This document shows, piece by piece, positions 52,072-62,165 of a stretch of 64,000 nucleotides of DNA; the stretch's first letter is position 1, and every line of letters starts with the position of its first letter. This DNA comes from Spirochaetia bacterium (GTDB taxonomy: Bacteria; Spirochaetota; Spirochaetia; WTKD01; G963693115). The DNA lies in NCBI GenBank assembly GCA_965226055.1, contig CBDDCA010000005.1, forward strand, positions 160,001 to 224,000. The letters run 5' to 3'. The position numbers were made by a program, and so were the translations under genes. The notes under the pieces are model-generated. The model saw only the letters and a program-made list of their open reading frames with translations, was not told the origin of the DNA and did no database searches.

Positions 52072-54072
52072 ATGAGTGCAACAAACAAAAATACAGTATA
52101 CTTTGCTCAGTTACTAGAAGCTGCTTTACAGGTTAGTTCTTTTAAGGACATAGATATTTCTAGCAATAGTAATGAAGAAGTACCTCAGGCTATTATACTA
52201 TTACGTTTATTTTTATCACTGTTAAAAAAGGAAGATAATCAAACTGAATATCATACAACTACTGATGCATCCAGTAATAACAATGCTAATGACAACACTA
52301 TAGTATATTCATTTTTAAGGCAAGCAACAAGCCTTATAGAAAAAGAGCTTTCTAATATAAGCTCAGAAGAAATGCAGTTTGCAATACAACAATTACAAAC
52401 AACTCCTTACAACAATGAGCTTGTTTGCAAGGCAATATGGAAATTATTTTCTCCAGAAGCATATCAATTTGCTTTACAAAATTTTTCAAAAGAAGAGTTT
52501 ATTCAGTCTATTCAAAAACAAAGAAATGTTCATATTACAAACACTAATACAGCAGCAATTCAAACCCCTGCACAAGAAATTCTTTTTACTGCAAATGCCT
52601 TGTTCACTATACCACAAGAAACTACCATTGATACTTTAGAAATTCCACAATACATGAAAGAAAGTCTTCATAGCATTTGCAAAGAACAACAACAGTATTG
52701 GTATGATCATCCTATGCCCATAGGAATACATGAAAAAGCAAATGAGTTACTCTATGGCTTGAGAGGATTATCAGAAGCACTACAAAAAGAAAAAGAATTA
52801 GGAACTGTGCCAAAAGACGCCCGTATTAGCATTGCTATTTCTGTCTCTCTTACTCACACAGGACTTGAATCAATCATATCAGAGTACCTTCATGATGATA
52901 TTCGAAAACATGCCACGTTTGACGATATTGACATTTATATATTTACAGAAAACAAAACAAAAAAAATACTTGATGCATTACATCCTTTGCTTGGAGAAAA
53001 GACACAACTTGTTGAAAAAGTATTTGGAGTAAATGGACGTTACGGAAGACATTATAGTTTTCTTAAAGCTATTTCTGCAATTTGGCATATATGTAAAGAT
53101 AAGTCAAAAAAAGCTACATTTAAGATAGATCTCGATCAAGTATTTCCACAAGATTCTTTATTAAAAGATTCTGGAATAAGTGCTCTCTCCCATTTTAAGA
53201 CAGCACTCTGGGGAGCACAAGGAAAAGATAGTAAAGGCAGACATATTTACTTAGGTATGCTCGCAGGAGCCTTAGTAAATGAAGCAGATATACAAAAAGG
53301 ACTTTTTACTCCCGATGTTAATTATCCAAATGAAATACTTGAAGGCGAAGATATATTTTTTCCACGTCAATTATTGATGGCACTTTCTACTCGAGCCGAA
53401 ATGATGACTCAGTATTCTCTATTCCAAGAAGATTCTCATCCCGACTGCATTCATCGTATACACGTAACAGGAGGAACAAATGGCATTTTAGTAGATGCTT
53501 TAAGAAAATATCGCCCTTTTACCCCTACCTGTATAGGACGTGCAGAAGATCAAGCATATTTACTTTCAGTATATAATAACTCTGAACCTTACCTTCGTTA
53601 TGTACATGCTTCAGGGCTTATTATGCGACATGACAAAGCTGCTTTTGCTGGTGATGCTATACAGAAATCTAAAATTGGTACTTTTGCAGGAGATTTATTA
53701 CGCATATTTTTATTTTCGCACTATGCAACATTACTACCAGGTGGCATTGATTCTATCAAAGAACAATGTGCTCCTTTCACTAGTAGCTATGTCAGCAACA
53801 CTCCTTTATGTCTCATTATGATACGACTATTTTTTCAGGTACTTGCCTTACTAAAAAAAGGAGCGTCTCAAGAAGCTACACAACAAATACAAGTTACAGC
53901 ACAGACACTCTATAATGATATAATAAAGGATGCTACAGTATTTTCAAAAGAAATACAGAATGAACAAAACGCTTGGAATAGTTTCTATGAGGCTCTAGAT
54001 GTATTAGAACAGACAGAACACAGTGCTTTACGCAATGCTATTGTTACTATAATTGAAGAGTGTAAACTATAA
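52072..54072 (+). CDS. Hypothetical 666-aa protein with GT-A-like motifs
   Basis: Long intact ORF; FKIDLDQ (DxD), VTGGTNG, RAEDQAY, RHDK. Confidence 0.6.
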   Translation: MSATNKNTVYFAQLLEAALQVSSFKDIDISSNSNEEVPQAIILLRLFLSLLKKEDNQTEYHTTTDASSNNNANDNTIVYSFLRQATSLIEKELSNISSEEMQFAIQQLQTTPYNNELVCKAIWKLFSPEAYQFALQNFSKEEFIQSIQKQRNVHITNTNTAAIQTPAQEILFTANALFTIPQETTIDTLEIPQYMKESLHSICKEQQQYWYDHPMPIGIHEKANELLYGLRGLSEALQKEKELGTVPKDARISIAISVSLTHTGLESIISEYLHDDIRKHATFDDIDIYIFTENKTKKILDALHPLLGEKTQLVEKVFGVNGRYGRHYSFLKAISAIWHICKDKSKKATFKIDLDQVFPQDSLLKDSGISALSHFKTALWGAQGKDSKGRHIYLGMLAGALVNEADIQKGLFTPDVNYPNEILEGEDIFFPRQLLMALSTRAEMMTQYSLFQEDSHPDCIHRIHVTGGTNGILVDALRKYRPFTPTCIGRAEDQAYLLSVYNNSEPYLRYVHASGLIMRHDKAAFAGDAIQKSKIGTFAGDLLRIFLFSHYATLLPGGIDSIKEQCAPFTSSYVSNTPLCLIMIRLFFQVLALLKKGASQEATQQIQVTAQTLYNDIIKDATVFSKEIQNEQNAWNSFYEALDVLEQTEHSALRNAIVTIIEECKL

Positions 54073-54179
54073 ACAATCTTCTAATCACATAAAATATAAA
54101 AAAACCACAATCATTTAATTAAAAAATCATAAAATTATAAGCCTATACCATTCATTTGCATTCACAGAAAGAATAAAAA

Positions 54180-54208
54180 TTGACATAAGAGAATAAAAAA
54201 AGTATACT
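54180..54208 (+). promoter_or_regulatory. Sigma70 promoter of the DMT gene
   Basis: TTGACA (54180-54185), 17 bp, TATACT (54203-54208). Confidence 0.75.
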
Positions 54209-54270
54209 AATAGCAAGGTACATGTACAATTTCAAAAAAAATTATACATATCATAGATAAGGAACATATA

Positions 54271-55227
54271 TTGCAACAGAAAAACAAAACAAGTCATCAA
54301 TTAAATGAAAGAAGAGTATATATAATAGCATTTATTGCTGCCATTTTAGCATTTTTATGTTTTAGTTTAATGGACTCTATTGTTCGACACCTTGGAAACC
54401 AACTTCCTACCATATTCTTTAGTATGCAGCAAAGACTTTTTTCTTGCGTACTATTTTTCATTTTAATGATCTGTATTAGCATTAAAAATAAATCATTCGC
54501 TATCTTTAAGATTCACCATCCACTTTCTCACATTATACGAGGAGTATTTTTATATACTGTTACTATTGCTTTTGTACGCACATTTACTCTTCTCCCTTTA
54601 AGTAATGCTTATTCCATCATATTTTCTCTTCCATTGTTTACTACATTATTTGCACGATTATTTATCAAAGAAAAAATAAGCACGATACAGCTCATTGGTA
54701 TTATTGGTGGGTTTCTTGGCATTATTATTATATTACAACCTGGAGCAAATAATCTTTCAGTTGGATATTTATTTGCACTATTAGGAGTAGGAGTAGAAGC
54801 CCCTATGTTTGTCATGATACGCCATTACCATAAAAAAGATCATCCTTTAAATATTTCTTTTTACCCCAGCTTGGTAGCATTAGGGCTATTTTTCATCACA
54901 GAACTAATATATAAAACTGGTACTACCGTAGTTTTTGATACAAAAATATTTACATTCATACTTCTATTTGCTATTATATCAGTAAGCAATCAATATTTAC
55001 TCAATTTTTCTCTTAAGCATCTAAAAGCAGGATTATCCTTAAGTATGCAATTTTCACAAATTATTTGGGGTGCTTTTTTTGGGTATATATTCTTTAGAGA
55101 TAACGAATACAATATTTCTTACTTTATTGGTACTGCTATTATTATGTTTTTTAGTGTTGTTGTTACAACAAACAAAATGCCTTTTATGACAAAAAATACT
55201 ATAAAAAATAATAGATCTATGTATTAA
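54271..55227 (+). CDS. DMT/EamA-family transporter
   Basis: About 10 TM segments; LPLS.A..I.F..PLF, KEKI, G.IIILQPG, QIIW...FG..FF. Confidence 0.9.
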   Translation: MQQKNKTSHQLNERRVYIIAFIAAILAFLCFSLMDSIVRHLGNQLPTIFFSMQQRLFSCVLFFILMICISIKNKSFAIFKIHHPLSHIIRGVFLYTVTIAFVRTFTLLPLSNAYSIIFSLPLFTTLFARLFIKEKISTIQLIGIIGGFLGIIIILQPGANNLSVGYLFALLGVGVEAPMFVMIRHYHKKDHPLNISFYPSLVALGLFFITELIYKTGTTVVFDTKIFTFILLFAIISVSNQYLLNFSLKHLKAGLSLSMQFSQIIWGAFFGYIFFRDNEYNISYFIGTAIIMFFSVVVTTNKMPFMTKNTIKNNRSMY

Positions 55228-55238
55228 GCTACCATTTG

Positions 55239-56006
55239 TTAAGAAATATCATCTCGTTCAATTTTTTTCTCTAATACACGTACCAGATAACTAAAAACAG
55301 AAATAAGTACAAGATATTCAAGAATAAGCAAGGTATATATTTCTAAGGGACGATATACAATAACAGTTAGTTCATTTACTTTTCGGGTTAAATCGCTTAA
55401 GCCTATTACCGATGCAATAGAAGATATTTTAAGCATATATACAAACTGGTTAGCAAGGGTAGGCAAAATTTGACGAAACATCTGTGGAATAATAATACTT
55501 CCATATATTTGAAAAATATTTGCTCCATATACCTGAGCTGCCTCAATTTGACTTTTAGGGATACTTTCTATTCCAGTACGAAATACCTCAGCTTGAAAAG
55601 CACTTTGGCAAAATGATAATCCTATAATAGTAGCGACAAAAGCAGTAAGGTTTATTCCCAGAGCAATAGCAAGTCCATAGTATAACCATAAAAGCATTAC
55701 CAATACAGGAATTGAACGAAACAATAACACCCATACATGAGCAATAAATCTAAATGGAAATACTTTTATTTGACTAAAAAAAGCAATAATAAAACCAATA
55801 AAAATAGAAACAAGAAAAGCTACCAATGAAGATACTATAGTTACTGTAAAGCCACTAAAGAGAAAGCTAAGGTTTGCTCTTCCAGAATCACTAAACGGAG
55901 ACAACTCATACCATCCCCAACTATAATTGCTAGTAGAACAAGAACTTACTACAATCAATAGAAGTAGAATTACAATATGCAGTAAACGCTGCAGGCTTAA
56001 TTTCAT
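55239..56006 (-). CDS. Polar amino-acid ABC transporter permease
   Basis: FRS.P.LV, AEVFR.GI.SI...Q.EAA (EAA loop), II.PQ, LK.SS. Confidence 0.93.
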   Translation of the reverse strand: MKLSLQRLLHIVILLLLIVVSSCSTSNYSWGWYELSPFSDSGRANLSFLFSGFTVTIVSSLVAFLVSIFIGFIIAFFSQIKVFPFRFIAHVWVLLFRSIPVLVMLLWLYYGLAIALGINLTAFVATIIGLSFCQSAFQAEVFRTGIESIPKSQIEAAQVYGANIFQIYGSIIIPQMFRQILPTLANQFVYMLKISSIASVIGLSDLTRKVNELTVIVYRPLEIYTLLILEYLVLISVFSYLVRVLEKKIERDDIS

Positions 56007-56053
56007 AGCGAATCAACAGGTATCTCTTTTATACCTTGATAGGTATACTCTTG

Positions 56054-56926
56054 TTACTTAAATGTAATCCATTTTTCTTTCAACTGATCAAGATATCCAC
56101 TTTGCCTTTTTAATGTAATCCATGTGTTAATATACTCTTTTAGAACAATATCTGATTGAGGAACAAGAAGTCCCATAGGAGTAGGAAATTGTGGCTCTAC
56201 AGGAATAACACCTAACTCAGGATATGTTTGTACGAGCTTCAAAGCCTCTATATTTGAAGTTACCGAAACTTCAGCACGCCCTGCCAATACTTCCTGAAAA
56301 TCACGTATAGGAGCTTCCACCACTATCCTGCTTGCATCAGGCAAGAGGATTCTCATTTGCTCCTCTTGTACAGTACCTAAGGTTGTTACTAATTTTACCG
56401 AAGCATTATTAAGATCGTCCCAACTTGAATACTTTGAAAGATTTTTCTTAAGAGTAAGAGGAACAGTACCAACTCCTTGTATAGGATATGTAAACGCAAT
56501 ACTTTTTGCTCTTCCCATATTATACGATGCTTGCGTGGTAATATCGTATTTACCAGCAACAACTCCTGATACAATATTCTTCCAATCAGTGGGAACAAAC
56601 TCAACAGTAACTCCCATATCCTCTGCAAGCGCTTTTACTAAATCTATATCATGCCCAATATACTCTCCTGTACTAGGATCTCTATACGTCATAGGATTCC
56701 AATCTCCTGTAGTTCCAACACGAAGAACTCCAGATTCTAAAATACCAGGCAATAATGACTCTTTTTTTCCAGATTCATATGTGCCATTTTTATTCACAGA
56801 TGATGAAGAATCATCATTACATGCAGTAAGCATCCCTATTGACACTATTAGATATATACATATATATAATTTCATTTTCATATTTTTCCTCTTTATACTA
56901 CCATTTTTATCATTAACAAATATCAT
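56054..56926 (-). CDS. ABC substrate-binding lipoprotein (SBP_bac_3)
   Basis: Lipobox LTAC; G.LRVGTTGD..P, G.DIDL, L..KW; true start probably the downstream MKMKLY. Confidence 0.9.
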   Translation of the reverse strand: MIFVNDKNGSIKRKNMKMKLYICIYLIVSIGMLTACNDDSSSSVNKNGTYESGKKESLLPGILESGVLRVGTTGDWNPMTYRDPSTGEYIGHDIDLVKALAEDMGVTVEFVPTDWKNIVSGVVAGKYDITTQASYNMGRAKSIAFTYPIQGVGTVPLTLKKNLSKYSSWDDLNNASVKLVTTLGTVQEEQMRILLPDASRIVVEAPIRDFQEVLAGRAEVSVTSNIEALKLVQTYPELGVIPVEPQFPTPMGLLVPQSDIVLKEYINTWITLKRQSGYLDQLKEKWITFK

Positions 56927-57028
56927 AACTATAAAACATATATAAATTGATATAACTCGCTAAAATATAGTTATATTACATCTATATATTGTATATAAGT
57001 ATTGCTAATAAGCTAACAATATCACATT

Positions 57029-57057
57029 ATTATATCCCATTGTATAATAAATGTCAA
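57029..57057 (-). promoter_or_regulatory. Consensus sigma70 promoter of the SBP-permease pair
   Basis: TTGACA (57057-57052), 17 bp, TATAAT (57034-57029). Confidence 0.8.
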
Positions 57058-57081
57058 ATGATGTGTAACAAAATCTGCAGA

Positions 57082-57115
57082 TTCAAGTATTAAATGCGAC
57101 AAAGGAGCAAAAAAA
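57082..57115 (+). repeat. Dispersed intergenic repeat, 33/34 identical to 62081-62114
   Basis: TTCAAG(T/G)ATTAAATGCGACAAAGGAGCAAAAAAA. Confidence 0.9.
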
Positions 57116-57148
57116 GAGCAAGCAAAAATAAAAAACTCATATTAGCAC

Positions 57149-60100
57149 TTATACAAGTGCATTATCAATAACATATCTTACTTCATTAACAGTAGTTTTA
57201 GCAACTTGTGCTATTTGTTCTTCTGAGTAACCTTGTTTACGATGTAAATTGATGATCAATTTTTCTCTTTCTGCCTCAGACATTTCACGATTATTCTGTT
57301 TTTTATCTAACAACCCTCTTGAACCAGCATACCTTTTTAGCATAGGTTCAAGCTCATGGATGAGAGTAATTTTACTCTCAGTAGTTTCATGAAGCTGTGA
57401 AAGAGAATTTATATCTTGAATTAATCCTTTTCTATGCATAGTTACTTTTTTTAATTGTTCTTCTACCTTAGGAAACAATAATTTGGTTTCATGTACTTGT
57501 TGCTTAATATCTTTAATATCCTTATATTGATTTTTAACATTCCCTACATCATCACTTATATCTTTATACTCTTGTTTTAACTCTGAAGTCAATGAATCAA
57601 GATCCCGTATACTAGCGGTAATAGTATCAAGTTCTTGCCACTTAGATTGTAATGTTGTATTCTTCTCTTCAATATCATGCATGGTATTGTATACTTCATT
57701 TTGTAACTCTTGAATTTTATACGATCTCTCTTGAAATGACTGCATCTTCTCATTTTGCGACTCAAGTTTATGAAATAATTGTTTATTTTTGTTATCAGAT
57801 TGAGTGAGACTTGTACTAAACAGCTCAACTTCTTTCCTTACTTTTATAACCTTATGAAAAGAATCATTCACTTCTACCATCTCAGATTTTACTTCTTTTG
57901 TTTTTACTTCTATACTATTAATTTTCTTAAGAAGAGTATCAGTGATACTACTTTTATCCATAACTTGCTTTGTTTGCTTATCAAGTTTTTCTATTTTTTC
58001 GTCAAGCATGGACTGAAATACTCTTACCTGTTCTTGCTGTTGCTGATCTCTTTCAATCATAACAGTGTATTTTTTATGCTCAATTTCTAAATCCTTAATA
58101 TTCTGTACTAACTGAACTTCTTTATTTTTTATAGTTTTTTCAATTTTTTTCATCTGAGCATCAAATTTACTGAGATTGGTTTTTGCTGTCTTAAGATAAT
58201 TTGCTTCACTCTTTTTCAATGTATATAAATTTTGTTCAAAAGTCGTAGATGTATCAGATAATTTTTGTTCAAAATTATCCTCTAAATTTTTAATTTTTAT
58301 ATCAAAATTTTTCTGTGTCTTTTCATTTATGGAAGATAAAAGATGAGTAAGTTGTTCTTCATACTCTTTTTGTAAGGTTTCTTGCTGTTGTCCAAATACC
58401 CCAATAGCTTTTGTACTTTTAGCAAGCAAAATTTCATGTTCTTTCTGAAAAGTAGTAAGCTGGACACCAAAGCTGTCTTTTACTTTTCGATGTTCTTGTT
58501 CCATACTATGCAATTCATCACTATACTGTTGTAACTTTTTCTTAAAATCTCCTTTTATTATCGCTATATTACTATCTACTTTTTTACACTGATCATCCTT
58601 AAAAGCACTCAAATGAATGGTATATCCTTCTACTTGCTTTTTTATACTTTCACATAAGCTACTATACTCTCTTTCTTTCCTTTTTATGATACCATCAATA
58701 TCTTTTTCTTTCTCATGAAGCATCTGTTTGTGTTCATCCAATAAATGAGTAGTATTATCCTGATAATTTTCAACTAATGCCACAAAATTTTCTCGTATAC
58801 CATTTACCTCCATATCACTTTTTGCTTTCATATCATCTGTGGTATCTTTTAAGTTTTGTATGTACTGCTGATAATCTCTCAAAGTTTTATCATACTCTGA
58901 ATGTAGCCCTTGTTGGGCAGAAGAATATTTCATAAGAGTCTCATTATAAGAAGACTCTACTGTCTCTATTGTATTTTGATGATCTAACAGCTGCTTTTGA
59001 GACTCTATTTTTAGAGAATCAATAGCTTCCTTAAAGGAGGCAATAACAGTATCTTGATCGGACTGCTGATGTATCTTTAGTATTTCCAATCTTTCCTTAT
59101 ACTCTGCTAACGCATCTTTGTAGCCACTGAGCAATTCATCTATCTTACTATTATATTTTTCAACAGCATGCTGTACCTCTGCAGACTGGCTTTGCTTTAT
59201 ATGTTCTAACATTGTATCGTACTCTTTATCCAGTACTTCTAGCATAGACTTATATTTGTTATCGTGCTCATGCTTATACTCAGCTAATAATGCTTGATAC
59301 TGAACATGCATATCTTTTTGCTCTTTTTCTTGAACAGCATCTAACTCTTGAAAAAATAGTACTGTTTTTTGTTTAAATTGTTTATATTTCTCATCCTGCT
59401 CATGTTGAAAAGATATAAACACATCATTATACTTATTCAATATGTCTTCTTGTTCTTTCTGACGAGTATCCTTTAAGGTTTGCAGTTCATTTTGAAAGCT
59501 ATGGAAAGAGTCATCATACCCTTGCTGTAATTGCTCAACCTTTGCTTGTAATCCTATAAGCACCATATCACAGTTAATATCTAAATCTTCTAATTTCTTT
59601 TTATTTTCAATTTTTTGCTCTTCTAGTTTTTTCTGCATAGCTTGTACATACTTATTTTTCTCTTCATTAAAATGCTTACTTGATATGTCAAACTGTAAAA
59701 ATATATTTTTCTTCTGTGTAATGATTTTATCAAACTCTTGTTCAAACATTTGTAATCTATCATTAAATCCAGTGATAGCCTGTGCTTTTAAGGTATCTAG
59801 TCCCTTATGTTCATTTTGAATATATGTACCAAATTTTTGTTTTTCTTTCGCAACATAGTCATTAAAGTCATTGATAGAAATTGTATTATTCTTCTCAAGT
59901 GTATTCTTATGTTCTTCCCATAATTTTCTTAGCATGCTTATACGCATTTCTTTTTCAGATTCAAAATTATTTCTCACTATCGTATCTAATTCACGAGAAC
60001 GATGATACACCCCTTGCAACTCTCGCTTAGAATGCTGTAGCTGTTTCATAAACCCTTTCGATTCATTTTGAACATACAAAGACATCTTCTTTATCTCTTG

Positions 60101-61084
60101 TCCCATACTTTCTATTTCAGCATTATTTTTTTGTTTTACTACATCAATGCTATTTCCTAATCCATCTACCTTCGTATATAACTCATCAAATTTTTTAGCA
60201 TAACTATTGTACCATTGGCGATAATCCTGTTCTAAATGTTCCTGTTTTTGATGTAAAAATTGTTGAATGAATGTTGTGGTTGTTTCTGCCTCTGCCAATA
60301 ACTCTTTTCTTTTTTCTTCTGAAATACCATTGAAATGAGTAATATCTGATTGCACACTTTGCTTAAAAGATTGAATTCTCTCTTCTATAGCTTTTGATTG
60401 CTGTTCAAGATATTCTTTATGTGTCAAAACAATTCCATGCAATGTATCTGAAACAGTAGTACTTTTAGAGGTGAATGTATCATGCAAAATCTTATTAAAG
60501 GAATGCAAGCTACTGTTTATTTTTTGTTCTACAGTGTGTCCCATAGCCTCAACGGTAGATTCAGCATGTTGTATTCCTACTGTAATATGTTTGAGAGTAC
60601 TCTGTAGTTTCTCTTCTATATCACCATTGACAGTAGCAATATCCATTTTAGTTTTTTCAAACTCTTCTTTACGCATATCATAATCCATCAATGCATCTTT
60701 ACTTTTATATAAAATATCGTGCAACTGTTTTATAGCAATATTAGAATTACGATATAGCTCTTGTAATACATCTTGTTGCTGTTGATACTGCTCTATCCTT
60801 TCTTGATATTTCTGTGTTTTTGCTGCATTATTTTCAATAAAATTTCGCTCTAGCTCCACCTTTTGTGATATAGAACTTATGTTCCTCTCTGATGATTTTA
60901 TATCTTCTAGTACATTATTCATAATTGATTTTGATGTTTCTGCATCTTTATGAAATACTTCAACAAACTGATCTTGCATTTGTTTAATATATGATATCTG
61001 CTTTCTTTTACTAAAGAATACATACTGTAAAATAAATAAAACTATACTAAAAGAAAATAAAAAGAGATGTAACAATAATGTCAA
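57149..61084 (-). CDS. SpiroCoCo-like membrane-anchored coiled-coil protein with C-terminal HTH-like motif
   Basis: N-terminal TM, more than 1200 aa of coiled coil, C-terminal L.RKQGYS.EQIA.......EV..VI; likely start TTG 61084 after GGGAGG. Confidence 0.75.
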   Translation of the reverse strand: MTLLLHLFLFSFSIVLFILQYVFFSKRKQISYIKQMQDQFVEVFHKDAETSKSIMNNVLEDIKSSERNISSISQKVELERNFIENNAAKTQKYQERIEQYQQQQDVLQELYRNSNIAIKQLHDILYKSKDALMDYDMRKEEFEKTKMDIATVNGDIEEKLQSTLKHITVGIQHAESTVEAMGHTVEQKINSSLHSFNKILHDTFTSKSTTVSDTLHGIVLTHKEYLEQQSKAIEERIQSFKQSVQSDITHFNGISEEKRKELLAEAETTTTFIQQFLHQKQEHLEQDYRQWYNSYAKKFDELYTKVDGLGNSIDVVKQKNNAEIESMGQEIKKMSLYVQNESKGFMKQLQHSKRELQGVYHRSRELDTIVRNNFESEKEMRISMLRKLWEEHKNTLEKNNTISINDFNDYVAKEKQKFGTYIQNEHKGLDTLKAQAITGFNDRLQMFEQEFDKIITQKKNIFLQFDISSKHFNEEKNKYVQAMQKKLEEQKIENKKKLEDLDINCDMVLIGLQAKVEQLQQGYDDSFHSFQNELQTLKDTRQKEQEDILNKYNDVFISFQHEQDEKYKQFKQKTVLFFQELDAVQEKEQKDMHVQYQALLAEYKHEHDNKYKSMLEVLDKEYDTMLEHIKQSQSAEVQHAVEKYNSKIDELLSGYKDALAEYKERLEILKIHQQSDQDTVIASFKEAIDSLKIESQKQLLDHQNTIETVESSYNETLMKYSSAQQGLHSEYDKTLRDYQQYIQNLKDTTDDMKAKSDMEVNGIRENFVALVENYQDNTTHLLDEHKQMLHEKEKDIDGIIKRKEREYSSLCESIKKQVEGYTIHLSAFKDDQCKKVDSNIAIIKGDFKKKLQQYSDELHSMEQEHRKVKDSFGVQLTTFQKEHEILLAKSTKAIGVFGQQQETLQKEYEEQLTHLLSSINEKTQKNFDIKIKNLEDNFEQKLSDTSTTFEQNLYTLKKSEANYLKTAKTNLSKFDAQMKKIEKTIKNKEVQLVQNIKDLEIEHKKYTVMIERDQQQQEQVRVFQSMLDEKIEKLDKQTKQVMDKSSITDTLLKKINSIEVKTKEVKSEMVEVNDSFHKVIKVRKEVELFSTSLTQSDNKNKQLFHKLESQNEKMQSFQERSYKIQELQNEVYNTMHDIEEKNTTLQSKWQELDTITASIRDLDSLTSELKQEYKDISDDVGNVKNQYKDIKDIKQQVHETKLLFPKVEEQLKKVTMHRKGLIQDINSLSQLHETTESKITLIHELEPMLKRYAGSRGLLDKKQNNREMSEAEREKLIINLHRKQGYSEEQIAQVAKTTVNEVRYVIDNALV

Positions 61085-61304
61085 AACTAAGCCTCCCAGC
61101 CTTATATGAATAATTATAATACAGATAATTGTTTCATGCAATACATAATTGTTGATTGTGCAAACACAAACATTACGCACTTGGCATAATAGAAATTTTG
61201 CGGTATACTGATTTTATCTCAAGAGAATCACACGAAAGGTAAAACTACACTAAAAAAAATTAGAGGCTAGCATTGATAACTAAAAAACGAGATAATTCAC
61301 GTAC

Positions 61305-62009
61305 TTATTCAATATCTTTCCCAATATCACCAATATCCTCAGTTTCAAAACTACCCTCTGAATCATATTCCGATACCAGTTTTATCTGCTTAAAACGTGA
61401 TAAAGAATAAAAAGAAGATACTGCATCCACAAAATAAAAAAGAGAATACAAAGAAAAAAAAGAAAATAAAAATACTACAAATGAAATAACAGAAAATATA
61501 AATGTTACCTTATTTGAAAAAATATATGCTATTTCTGTAATTATAGGAGTAGAAAAAGGTCGCAATAAAAAAAGTATCACACTACTAAAGAAATAAAAAA
61601 CAAGAGCAATACCACACAAGAATGATACAAACCCAAACATACTTATATACTGCTCAAATACCGTAATTTTTCCTTTTTCTGACTCTTTACTTAATGATAC
61701 TATCCAAAAAGAATCCATAACATGTATAACATGCACAAAAATAATAAAAGAAAACCCAAACAAAAATAAGTAAACAAACATCCCTACAACAGAAAAAATA
61801 AGAAAATCATTATATTGTATAGTACTATGCCGTAATACAAAAGAAAAAAGAAAAGTAATAATAAAAGAAAACAACAAAGAACAAAAAAATTTACCTCTTA
61901 AAAATACTTTTCTCTCCAAAAGCCCTCTAAAGATGCCCTTATATCCTAAAAAATACTTATTTTCCATAATAACTCTCCTTGATTCATATATACTCATAGT
62001 ATACACCAA
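61305..62009 (-). CDS. Hypothetical Phe-rich membrane protein
   Basis: About 4 hydrophobic segments and an acidic tail; AGGAG before internal ATG (MENK). Confidence 0.55.
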   Translation of the reverse strand: MVYTMSIYESRRVIMENKYFLGYKGIFRGLLERKVFLRGKFFCSLLFSFIITFLFSFVLRHSTIQYNDFLIFSVVGMFVYLFLFGFSFIIFVHVIHVMDSFWIVSLSKESEKGKITVFEQYISMFGFVSFLCGIALVFYFFSSVILFLLRPFSTPIITEIAYIFSNKVTFIFSVISFVVFLFSFFSLYSLFYFVDAVSSFYSLSRFKQIKLVSEYDSEGSFETEDIGDIGKDIE

Positions 62010-62045
62010 TTACAACATAAAATACAAACACATGAGAAAAGTAAT

Positions 62046-62114
62046 CACGAGTTCAAGGATTAACTGCGACAAAACACGAGTTCAAGGATTAAATGCGACA
62101 AAGGAGCAAAAAAA
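62046..62114 (+). repeat. 29-bp-period tandem duplication overlapping the dispersed repeat
   Basis: CACGAGTTCAAGGATTAA(C/A)TGCGACAAA at 62046-62073 and 62075-62102. Confidence 0.9.
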
Positions 62115-62165
62115 AGAATTGATTAAAACAGAACAAATGATTACACTATAAATAGAGGTATTATA

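Noticed and set aside
57149-61180. SMC/SbcC chromosome ATPase
   Set aside because: No Walker A/B or signature motif; has an N-terminal TM instead
62046-62102. 29-bp-period repeat as a mini CRISPR array
   Set aside because: Only two abutting copies, no spacer and no cas genes in the window
61933-62151. 72-aa + strand ORF across the tandem repeat
   Set aside because: Overlaps the opposite-strand gene start, has no RBS, and its repeated content is explained by the DNA duplication
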